Shown piece by piece: positions 21,140 through 30,900 of a stretch of 64,000 nt of DNA. The stretch's first letter is position 1. Every line of letters starts with the position of its first letter. The notes beneath the pieces were generated by a model. It was given only the letters and a program-made list of their open reading frames with translations, searched no databases and had not been told where the DNA came from. Position numbers and translations under genes: made by a program. The stretch is from Candidatus Poribacteria bacterium. GTDB taxonomy: Bacteria; Poribacteria; WGA-4E; PCPOR2b. The stretch lies in the NCBI GenBank assembly GCA_965208675.1, contig OZ242351.1, forward strand, positions 2,432,001-2,496,000. The letters are read 5' to 3'.

Positions 21140-23055
21140 TTACCAAAATTGGAGTAATCTCATCGACAAGTGATGCTCCCTCCGCCAACCCGGCTAATGC
21201 GGAGAGGGCCGTATGCCGTGTATGAAAATGCGGAGAAGCCAATGCCTCAGTCAGAATCGGAATGGTCGCTTTGTCGTGCCCCGAACCCATCCATGCCAAT
21301 GCGATTGCCGCATGTTGCCGCACTCCTGCGTCCGTTGCGTTCATAGCCTCCGCTAATAACGGCACTGCGGCAGCACCAATTGACTGAAGACACCACGCCA
21401 CTCGAACGTGAAAGTTGCTCAAGCCTTCCATACAGGACAGAACGTCTCCTCCACGCTGGAAATGCCCGGTCGCAAAGTTCGGCGTGTTAAGTGTTGCAAT
21501 CAGTTTATCGGCAATTTCCAGTTTTTTCTTCAGAGTCAGGATTGAGGAAGTAATTACCGCATCTAATGTTAAAACCGCCGTAGGTCGGGCAACCCGATTA
21601 TTGACCGTATCGTCCGTCGATTCTAACACCTGCACTAAGGCTTGTAGCACCGGATTAACGAGCCGAGGCCGATCCGCCAAGTCTACGAATCTGTAGGTAG
21701 CAAACTTCCGCGTAACGCTGTAAGGCGAAGCCAATGCCTGAGTCAGAATCGGAATGGTTGCATCGTCGTGTTCCGACCCAATCTCCGCCAATGCTATAGC
21801 TGCATGATGGCGCACTCCTGCGTCGGTTGCGTTCATAGCCTCCACTAACAATGGCACCGCGGCAGCACCAATTGACTGAAGACACTCCGCGACTCGAACG
21901 TGAAAGTTACCATCGCGACGATGACCAGGGATGTCAAAGTTTGGCGCGTTTAGCATATCAATCAGTTTGTTGGCAATTTCAAGTTGAACCTCCGGAATCG
22001 CCATCGCAATGTCTCCCAATACGTCAACCACAGCGGTTTGCACATCGTGGCTGTCGTCGGTCAATCTCATCAGCGTCTTGAGAAATTCAGGCTGAACTGC
22101 TGGAATTCCCGCTGCAATCTCCCCTAATGTGGAAACGGTAGTGGCACGGACTTTTTGATTCTCATCGTTCAACGCATTGATTAACCCCGGAACGGCGGCT
22201 TCGGCATGGGACGGGATAATCCCTAATAGACGGGACGCAGTTTCACGGACTTCCGCCACCGAGTCGTTGAATGACTCTGCGATTAGGGTGGCGGTGCCGG
22301 GAAGCGGTTTTATATTAGCGTTCCTCAGTTTATGGGCAATCCGCTCAATCATATACCGCGTCAGTATGGATTCATCTTTGTTGTCGCTTTTCAACAAAGG
22401 CAGCAAGCCGCCCAAAGCCTTATCAAGGTCAATTAAACGAAAAACCGCATCTTCAATTTGACGCCAAGATTCGCTTATCCCACCGCCGCTCAACAACCTC
22501 AAGACTTTTGCCCAAGCGAGGAGTATCTGATCATGGCTCACATTCGTGTCTTTAATGGCTGCGGCTGCATCTTGCTTCACTTGCGGATTTTCGTCACCGA
22601 GCTGAAGGATTAAACTATCCAGACCTAGGGCGGATTCATCTCTGTTGTCGCTTTTCAAGGTATCTAGCACGCCAGCCGAAGTCTTATCAATGTCAATTAA
22701 ACCAAAAACTGCATCTGTCGTTCGTACCCAATGATCGGTGTTGTCTTCAAGCATCCGGCTCCGACTTAATAACAGCGAGAGCTTTGCCCATGCGAGCAGT
22801 ATCTTATCATCAGTCACGTTCATCTTTTTAATATTCGCGGCGGCATCTTGCCGAACCTGTGGACGTTCATGACCGAGTTCGATGATAGAGATTTCCAGAG
22901 ATTCACTCATGCCCTTGAAAGGACTAGTTACTAAAGAAGTGTTGTGGGCGGCGGCTCTCGAACAGATGATGATACCGATTAAAAAGAACAAGCGTCTATA
23001 ATTTTGCATTTTGACCGCCTTTCATGTCATTGGGTTGCGTTCGATGCAGTACGGG

Positions 23056-23943
23056 TTAGTTATGTCTCGGCTCGCTGAACAGTTTCTTTAGGTCTGTGAC
23101 GGTATATTTCTGGGTATACGAATCGGCGTAAGGTTCTGGTAGTAACGGATCCGCCCACTTTCTAAGCTGGCAAAAGTGATGATTGACATTCCAATCAGAC
23201 GCGGCATCGCTGCCGAACTGTTCTTCATAGGTTGCATAGAATGGCTCCGTCCGAAGATGTTGCGGCACTTGCAGCATCTCCAGAGCTGTCTGTATTTGCT
23301 TCAATTGCTTGAGTGCGTTCGTCGGATCCTTCCCATCCTCGACTGCAATTTCGATATGAGTCAATGCCCGTATCTCCGATTGCATTAAGTAGTAGGCACT
23401 TCTACCAAGCAAAAATGACTCCAGGTTCGTTCCTACCACATCCATACAACCTTCCTCGTGTATAGCCCCGACTTCGATGATTGGTTGCCTGAAAACTTCA
23501 CTGTTAGTTTCTGGCAACCAGATGCCATACACATCAGAAGCCCCCTCATCAGCGAACAACAGAACTTCTTGAGGATTGCACCAACCCCACTCAATGTACA
23601 TCTGGGTGGCGTTGGTCAGTCCTAGTAAATCGTCGGGGGTGGGCTGGAGTCGGTAAAAAAACAGTTGCCCCAAAGTGTCATTACCACCATTGAAGAACCC
23701 ATAGAGTTCGCGCAGAGATGACGGAAGGGGCGAACCGATTTTTTCTTCCGCGGCGCGAATTTCAGCTTCAATCGCTGGTGGACTCCAAGTGTGAGACGGG
23801 TCTGATGCCGCCCAAGAATCAATCAGCTTTTGTATCGTCATTGGATGTATTCCTTCATGTGTTGAGCTGCCAATGAGCAAACACAGCCCACAAAACAACA
23901 CTGTATTTCTCATCAGTAAATCATAATTGCATGCGAATTTCAT
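23056..23943 (-). CDS. SMI1/KNR4 (SUKH) family immunity-type protein with degenerate lipoprotein leader
   Basis: PPAIEAEIRAAEEKIGSPLPSSLRELYGFFNGG; leader ends LLIGSS where array paralogs have LLIGCS. Confidence 0.85.
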   Translation of the reverse strand: MKFACNYDLLMRNTVLFCGLCLLIGSSTHEGIHPMTIQKLIDSWAASDPSHTWSPPAIEAEIRAAEEKIGSPLPSSLRELYGFFNGGNDTLGQLFFYRLQPTPDDLLGLTNATQMYIEWGWCNPQEVLLFADEGASDVYGIWLPETNSEVFRQPIIEVGAIHEEGCMDVVGTNLESFLLGRSAYYLMQSEIRALTHIEIAVEDGKDPTNALKQLKQIQTALEMLQVPQHLRTEPFYATYEEQFGSDAASDWNVNHHFCQLRKWADPLLPEPYADSYTQKYTVTDLKKLFSEPRHN

Positions 23944-24023
23944 TTTTGTTGCCCTCAGATTATTGTTAAAGGCGAATATGTCCTAGTCCTTTGTTGATGG
24001 AATCCGTGAGCTCCCCTCGTCCT

Positions 24024-24908
24024 CTAAAACCGCACATTGACCAATCGTACCAAGTAGTCCATTTCGAGGCGATGATAAGGTAATTGTGAACTCTGTATCG
24101 CTATTGTCGGTGGTAGGAGTGTGCGCATTCTGCCGCCCGATGAGGTATTAGACAGCTTCGCTGGTTTTGAATGTTGATAGCCGATAGTGCCGCCGATAGG
24201 CGTCAATATTGACCATTTTAAGGTCTCCTTAAAAGAGCCGCCGCCGCTGCCATATAACTCTCCTATCGCATAGGCGCTTACAGCGGAAAGAAATATTCCG
24301 CCTATCGCGCCTCCATAAAATGATGCGGGCGGGAAAGGCTCCCCATCTTCAGTGAAAATAGAACTAACAGTGCCGCCTATACCTATTCCCCAATTGTAGC
24401 CTGTGATCAGCCCCAAAATCCCAACGTTCACTTGACCAGCCATGACGAGCAGCCCATCCCTTTGACGCCGATCTTGAGGCAAATCTGTTTCGGCAAATTG
24501 GTTCTTTGACCGTTGATAGGCAATGGTGGCACCGATAGGCGTCAACGGCGCCCATCGTAAGGTCTGCTTAAAAGAGCCGCCGCCGCTGCCGAAGGTTTCT
24601 CCAATCAGATAGACGGTCGCAGCACTCGAAACGTATGCGCCCGCCAGTCCGCCGAACGCGACTTTAGGAGAGACGTGAATGACCTAAGAAGAACTATAAA
24701 ACTCATCGCCGAATAACAGGTTCTCAGCATAAAGTAAAGAAACTATACAAGCCAGGAAGCCCGCGGACTCACCGACAAAACCAGCCCCCACTTGACCCGC
24801 GATGACGAATGGGCCGTCGCGTTGACTCAAGTCTGTTTCGGCGAATAGCCCTTGCTTGATAAAGAGCGAAAAGCAACAGATAAGCACAAGCCGCTTTTGC
24901 GTATTCAT
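24024..24908 (-). pseudogene. Gly-rich membrane protein with duplicated domain, interrupted by one in-frame TAG (24684-24686)
   Basis: ORFs 24684-24908 and 24024-24545 share a frame. The intervening GETFGSGGGSFKQTLRWAPLTPIG repeats GELYGSGGGSFKETLKWSILTPIG. Confidence 0.8.
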
Positions 24909-24944
24909 TGTTTTTCAAAGGATCCGGATTGTTCAACAATTGAA

Positions 24945-25832
24945 TCAAAACGGCCACCAGCGACGTTTTTCAAACTCCTTGACGGCGTCCAATGCTTCAG
25001 GCGTGCCAATGTCCTTTAATGCGCGGGCGGCGCGTAAACGTGCCCAAGCCGTTCGAGAACCCAACCGTTGAATATAATAGGCAACCACGGCGTCCAATGC
25101 TTCAGGCGTGCCGATGTCCTGTAATGCTGCAGTGGCATGATGACGTTCCTTATAAGCCTCTGGATCGTTCAAAATTTGAATCAAAACGGGAACCAGAAAC
25201 TCATCATCCGCTAATGCCACTAACGGTCACACTGCCCGTCTTTCAATTAGCTCCTCTATCACGATGCCGCGCATAGAAGGGTCGATTTTGACAATTGCCA
25301 ACCCTGCGCCGTTCCTAACATACCGCAGATACCGCTTATCATCACTACGAAAAAGCTCTGTCAAGGCAGGTATGGCTTCCGCGGCGTCAGGCCCCATTTT
25401 TCCCAATGACATTAACGCCGTCCAGTGAACGCTAGGCCATTCATCATTGAGTACTGATGTTCGTCCCGTATTTTCATCCCGCAATGTTTCTATCAGTGCG
25501 GGGATGGCTGAGACGGCAGGCGGTTCTATACTACCTAACACGTCTGCGGCAGCTTCTCGAACATAGGCATATTCATCAAACAAAGCGTGCGTCAAGGCGG
25601 GAATGACTTTATCGCGCTCTTGTTGAGCCTTGCTCGCCAACAGGTAGACTGCCTTTTCTCGTAAGTTATAAAATCGATTGTTTTTGAGTTGAGTTATCAG
25701 GAAATCTACATCCTTATCCGACCAATCCGGATTGTGACACCCCATCGGGTAACACCCCATCACAGTTAAACAGCTGATGAGAAGCATGAACACATGGATG
25801 GAAAAAAAACGACGCCCATTCCTTTTGTCCAT
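24945..25832 (-). pseudogene. HEAT-repeat lipoprotein split by one in-frame TGA (25227-25229)
   Basis: ORFs 25227-25832 and 24945-25220 are in frame, 6 nt apart (ERRAV*PLVALADDE). No clear RBS for the second. Lipobox VMGC. Confidence 0.65.
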
Positions 25833-25864
25833 TGGTATCCTCTAACTCGCCGTAGGGTATTTCC

Positions 25865-26443
25865 TCACTGCTCCTTTGGTTGCCGTTCAATCACAATGGG
25901 GTTATACTGTGATTCAGGCAGATAATCCTCAATAGCGTATTCTAACCGCACTGGAGTCCCGGACGAATCGGGACGGAGAATAAATCGCATAGCTAGTGAT
26001 GGATGGCCGTCAACACCGTAAAGATATACCTTGTACACCCGATTCACTTCCAACGGTTTGGCGGGCACCAATTCTTTGTAACCGGGCGGCACCGCCCCAT
26101 ACTGTATACAGTGCAATGGATGGCTCGCCCGTTTCTCTGTCGGTCGATACTGCATTCGCCAGAAACACTTGTCATGACCCCGCCAAGGGGTTTTGACGCC
26201 CAAATCCTGTTGATTGTGTTTCTCCGATTCCCAAAAACGAAATACAGCGATTTCACCAATATACAGGGGATCCGCAATTTGATGCAGATGTTCGGATTTT
26301 TCAGATTTATCATGTAAACAGAACGTGGGGCGGGAAACCTCCGAGTAGGGCGGCACCGTTGTCCAACTTAGTAATCCGTTGCCGCAACCACTCAAGATTG
26401 CCGCTCCAGTTATTAAGCAGAAAATCAAAACAAGCCGTCTCAT
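25865..26443 (-). CDS. Lipoprotein of unknown function (paralog of 26454-26996)
   Basis: Lipobox LSGC; YGAVPPGYKE..PAKPL and GTPVRLEY shared with neighbour; AGGAG RBS before ATG 26443. Confidence 0.75.
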   Translation of the reverse strand: MRRLVLIFCLITGAAILSGCGNGLLSWTTVPPYSEVSRPTFCLHDKSEKSEHLHQIADPLYIGEIAVFRFWESEKHNQQDLGVKTPWRGHDKCFWRMQYRPTEKRASHPLHCIQYGAVPPGYKELVPAKPLEVNRVYKVYLYGVDGHPSLAMRFILRPDSSGTPVRLEYAIEDYLPESQYNPIVIERQPKEQ

Positions 26444-26453
26444 AATTCTCCTT

Positions 26454-26996
26454 TTAATCACGATCACGATGGAGGAAGTGCCTTGAAAAGACGTATTCCA
26501 ATTTCACGGGTGTCCCGTTCTCGTCCGACCGGATAACAAAACGAATCGGACGTGATGGATAAGTATAGCTCATCCCCGAAACGTCAGCGACATAGATTTT
26601 TTCAGGTATCAAGGGCAAAGCGGGATGTTCCTCCTTGTACCCCGGCGGTACTGTTCCGTACTCGATGGTGGTTACAGGACTCGCCGTGTGTGCCGAGGAA
26701 TCAGGCTTATATTCAATAAACCAATCTATCACATCCTTGCTTCGTCCGGGTGGAAGTTCTGAATACCCCGTATCGAGATAAACTTTAATGCGTCGGATAT
26801 GGTCTAGATCGTCGGTGTCACTTGCTGTATCTTTATAGTCACTGTTGTGTTTGTAAACGCAAAATACTGGGGTTGTCACTGGTGTTTCCAGTGCTGGATG
26901 CAAGCCATACACCCCGCTAGAACCCCCGTATGACACACAGCTACTCTGAAAACAACAACCAATACTGACAGCAAGCACCACAATGAAGCGTATCAT
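26454..26996 (-). CDS. Secreted protein/lipoprotein of unknown function
   Basis: GGAGG RBS; signal-like N-terminus; YGTVPPGYKE..PALPL, GTPVKLEY. Confidence 0.75.
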   Translation of the reverse strand: MIRFIVVLAVSIGCCFQSSCVSYGGSSGVYGLHPALETPVTTPVFCVYKHNSDYKDTASDTDDLDHIRRIKVYLDTGYSELPPGRSKDVIDWFIEYKPDSSAHTASPVTTIEYGTVPPGYKEEHPALPLIPEKIYVADVSGMSYTYPSRPIRFVIRSDENGTPVKLEYVFSRHFLHRDRD

Positions 26997-27143
26997 TTGG
27001 AAAGCCTCCTCTAAGGTTGAGTATCCGAGCTATTCAATTCATCATGCCATTGTTTGAACTCATCTAGGAGAAATTGATAATGCTCTCTCATCTCATCGGT
27101 CACTTTTTGACTGCCGTAATTGAAAATTTTAGCTGTCTAAAAT

Positions 27144-27926
27144 CTAATCACTAGCAGGTGCGGCTCTAGTTGTAAAGGAAAAATCAACAACTCCGAGATT
27201 CCCCATATCATCGGTTATTGCTATGCTGACACTATATTTTGTTGCATAATTTAATTCCTGCATGTAGCCAAACTCCCAAGTAGCGATACCAGTACAGGCT
27301 CGCATACTTTCATTGTCAATACGCAGAGCAGCAACTTTTATCGGGGGACTGATCTCAAAAGATGTTGAGCCTCGCATGGCCTGTATGGGGCGGTCAAATA
27401 CAACTCGCACCCCGCGTGTGGTTTTTGGGTCAACATCTTGCCCAATTGGGTGATATTCAAGGACTATCGGCGCAGCGATGTCAAATGGTGCTATCCGAAA
27501 CCATCCTACATAAGGATGGGCCTGGACATCGCCATTGACGTTCTGGAAATCACGAATGACAATCGAACTTATATTGTCGTCCGGTGCAACATACGCAAAT
27601 GTTCGAAAGCATTGATTCCATGTAATGGTATCGGTCGCTTCGGTCTCTTGAAGTTGATAAGGTGTGACGCCAAACACAATACGACCTGAATTTGGTATGA
27701 TTGGCTGGCTGAAACTGATACGAAATTCTTGCGTAGCGGTGTTCAGTTCAGCGGGTGCAGAGTGCTGAGCGCCGGGTTTTGGGCTGAATGCTATCACCCG
27801 CGGGGGATTCATCGGTTGTTCTGGTCGTATGCTATCATCCGTTGGCTCTGATGAGCAGCCAATGACCAAAAACCACCCTAAAACAAGACAAACTATAAGA
27901 AACGGCAAAATGATTTGTAGTTTCAT
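27144..27926 (-). CDS. Ig-like-domain lipoprotein (domains C+D); candidate cognate immunity protein of Rhs 27956
   Basis: Lipobox VIGC; QEFRISFSQPIIPNSGRIVFG..ITWNQC; immediately downstream of the Rhs gene. Confidence 0.75.
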   Translation of the reverse strand: MKLQIILPFLIVCLVLGWFLVIGCSSEPTDDSIRPEQPMNPPRVIAFSPKPGAQHSAPAELNTATQEFRISFSQPIIPNSGRIVFGVTPYQLQETEATDTITWNQCFRTFAYVAPDDNISSIVIRDFQNVNGDVQAHPYVGWFRIAPFDIAAPIVLEYHPIGQDVDPKTTRGVRVVFDRPIQAMRGSTSFEISPPIKVAALRIDNESMRACTGIATWEFGYMQELNYATKYSVSIAITDDMGNLGVVDFSFTTRAAPASD

Positions 27927-27955
27927 ATTTTCCACCATACGCAATTACGTTTAGG

Positions 27956-30900
27956 TTACTGAATTTTTATACTGCCCCACGTAACTAGATTATACTGAGT
28001 AATCAGAGGTTGAAACCAAGATAAAGCTGAGTGTGCGTCTTGAACACTTATAACTTGCCTGCGATACTCCTCAAACCTCATATCCATACGTAAATCAACC
28101 ACCGTTCTTCCCCAAGAAAGTTGCCAGGCGATATGGAAGTAGGACTGGGTTGCCGAAGCATGTTGTTCCATGCCTAAGTTCAGGGTCGTTAATTCATGCC
28201 TATTGAACGCATAAAACGATTTGTCCGGAGGCGGATCTCGCCAAGGTGAACGTCCGCGAAAACGATTGTACTTCCGCTGCCACGCATGAGTTACTTCGTG
28301 AATCAAAATACCCAATGCGTTTGTGACATCGGCGGTAAGTGAACCGTTGCTACCAAAAGCATCGGATGTTGTCGATCCTGCATTGAGACCGGCATAGAAG
28401 TCCGGATTAACTGCGATTCTGTGCTTACCGTCTCGAAATTCTAGATACTTTCCTCTTACGGGCTTTCCTCGACTGTCAAAAAGAGGCTTTATAGTTATAT
28501 CCAACTCATCCGCAGATATGGATCCGTTAAATACCATATCCACAGCATACGACTCCAATGCACTTAGGGCTCTCAACCCCGTCGGGTCGATAAACGCCAA
28601 CGGATTGTTATTCGCATAGGCATACCAGTTGATGCCATCTCCGGCGGGATCTCGCTGATTAAACCTGCCAGTGTAGGGGTCATAGCCGACGGGACGCCCG
28701 GGGAAATGGTATAATTTTACATCACTTTCATACTCTTTACCCGTGAACTTGCGCGCGTTGTCGGTCGTGCCGACTTCAGAGCGCACTGCGCCGAACACGT
28801 CGTACTCATACCGCACAAGCACATTCTTGTTATCGTCCGTTAAGACGATGTTGCTGCCCAAAGCGTTGGGGTGGTGGTATTCATAGCGTCCCATCTGATT
28901 GTTTGACAACTTAGTTATCTCAGCGTCGCTTAGCGCAGCGTCGTAGATGGATACATCGTCGAGATAACCGTTGAGGTGGTGGTTAGTCGCATCATAAAAT
29001 CCCATCCACAACGCCTTGGTCGTTGCCGCCAACGACGCTGTTGATGCCGTTGAAGCCGTGTCTTTGGTGCCGCCGATAAAGACGCGGAGTTCGCTGCCGT
29101 CATACCGAGCCGCCACATGCTTCCATGTGTTTAAGGGGATGGTCGTTGCACTGGTGACGGTCTTGGTTGTCCCGCTGAACAGCACCTCGAACTGAACCGC
29201 GCCGGTGCTAGTTATCCAGAGCCGATACCCGTTAGAGGCGTTTGCCTTTTTGACCAGATTCCCGCTCGCCACAGTGGACCGCTTCACCCAACAACTGATG
29301 GTTAGTGTATTGCCAACAAGGTCTAAGGCATCACTGTCTGCGACTTTTACGACATCGTTAGTGCCGTCAAAAAGGAGGCTACCCCCGTTTTCAGTGCTCC
29401 AAGCAGGCTTTTTGTTTTCAGTGCCGCCGCCCAGCGTGCCGTTCTGGCTGCCGTCAACGTCATGCGCCACAGTGCCGGTGCCTTCATCAAAGTGCCAATG
29501 CGCAACGGCATTGTGTTTCCGGCGATATACAACGCCGTTGCCGCCATAGAGATAGCTGGCCGTGATGTTCTTGCTTGAATCCAATTCTAGCACCGGCATC
29601 AAGCCGTCGTAAAGAAAATACCTTGTGCCCTGGCTGTCCGAGACTTTCACCCGTTTGCCCCCGCCGTCGTAGGCGTATGTGAGCGTCTGTGTCACCGTGT
29701 TGTTTCGGGTCTTCTGAATCTGTTTCAACTGCGAACCGAATCCGTAGGTAAATGCGTCCGAATCCGTGCCTTCGCTCCGTTGCGTCAGCTTCCCTTCAGC
29801 ATCGTAGGTGTAATTCATCGTCGAGAAGTCGGTATCTTCAGGCACTAGTGAACGGTAGGTCAATTGGTTGCTGTTGGTGGCAACCGTGTAGGTCGTCGTG
29901 CCATCAACGCTGCTCACCTGTGTGAGCCGGTTGCCGGACTTGTCGTAGGTGTAGCTGACGGTCTCGTTCCCGTAGTTGGCGCTAGTCAAGCGTGAGATAT
30001 TATCGTAACCGAATGTGAACGTCTTGCTTGACCCGCCGGCGCCGGTATCGTCTCTCACCAACTGCGTCACATTCGATTTGTCGTCGTAGGTGTAGGTTAA
30101 GGAACTGAGCGTAGTGGAAGCGTCCTTCTTGTACGTCAGCGTGCTTAAGCGGTTGACGTTATCAAGCGTTCGATGCGCGGTGATGCCGTTTGGAACCGTG
30201 ACTTTCTTCAACGCCCCGATGTCGAAGTAACCGTAGCTTTCGGTCTTGTTAGCAAGCACGTCCTTAACCGTCAGCAGCCGGTTGGCTTCGTCGTAGGTAT
30301 ACTGGACATCGTATAACTTTGTGGTTGTGCTGCCGGTAGTTGGATTGACGTACATGCGCGTCCGCATCGAAGAATCGTCGTATTCGTAGACGGTCTTATA
30401 ACCCAAGAGCGAATCGGTGCGGTTCTTGATGCGGTTGAGTTGGTCGTGCGTGAAGGTATAGGTGTAAGTATTCGCGCCGTCGTTGGTCTTTTGGGTAAGC
30501 ACGTTGTCGCCCAAGTCGTAGGTGTAGTCTACGACCTCGCCCGTCTTGTAGCTGACTTTCGAGAGGCGGTTGAGGTTGTCGTAGGTATTGCTGACGGCGG
30601 GGCTGGTTTCAGTGCCGGTTTGGCTCGTCCACGCCTTCGTAACCTGATTCAGGGTATTGTAGCGCGTCTCCACCCAATCGCCGTCGGGCAAGGTCTGCTT
30701 AGTCACTCTGCCGAGTTCATCGACGGTATAGTTGGTTATCAAGCCGCGGGGGTCTTTGGTCTGGGAAATGTCGCCGGCAATGTTGTAGACCGTTTCGGCT
30801 GTAGCGTATGGAGTCGTCCAGTTATCCTTGAAGCTGTGGGCTTTGACGGCGCGGTTCATGGCGTCGTATTCGGTTTTGGTCTGGGCTATTAGCGTGCCGG

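Larger units (their letters stand above)
19861..23009 (-). pseudogene. Secreted HEAT-repeat protein (752 aa if restored) disrupted by IS5
   Basis: Removing 20253-21139 and one TTA copy joins ...DEITPILV-K-VLETTWYPDE... in frame. HEAT repeats and internal DNA duplications present. Confidence 0.9.

Noticed and set aside
13910-25832. Stop-codon reassignment (TAG or TGA as sense) explaining the split array genes
   Set aside because: TAG and TGA end many conserved genes in this window at expected positions (e.g. 3859, 8678, tsaD, moeB), and the interruptions use two different codons.
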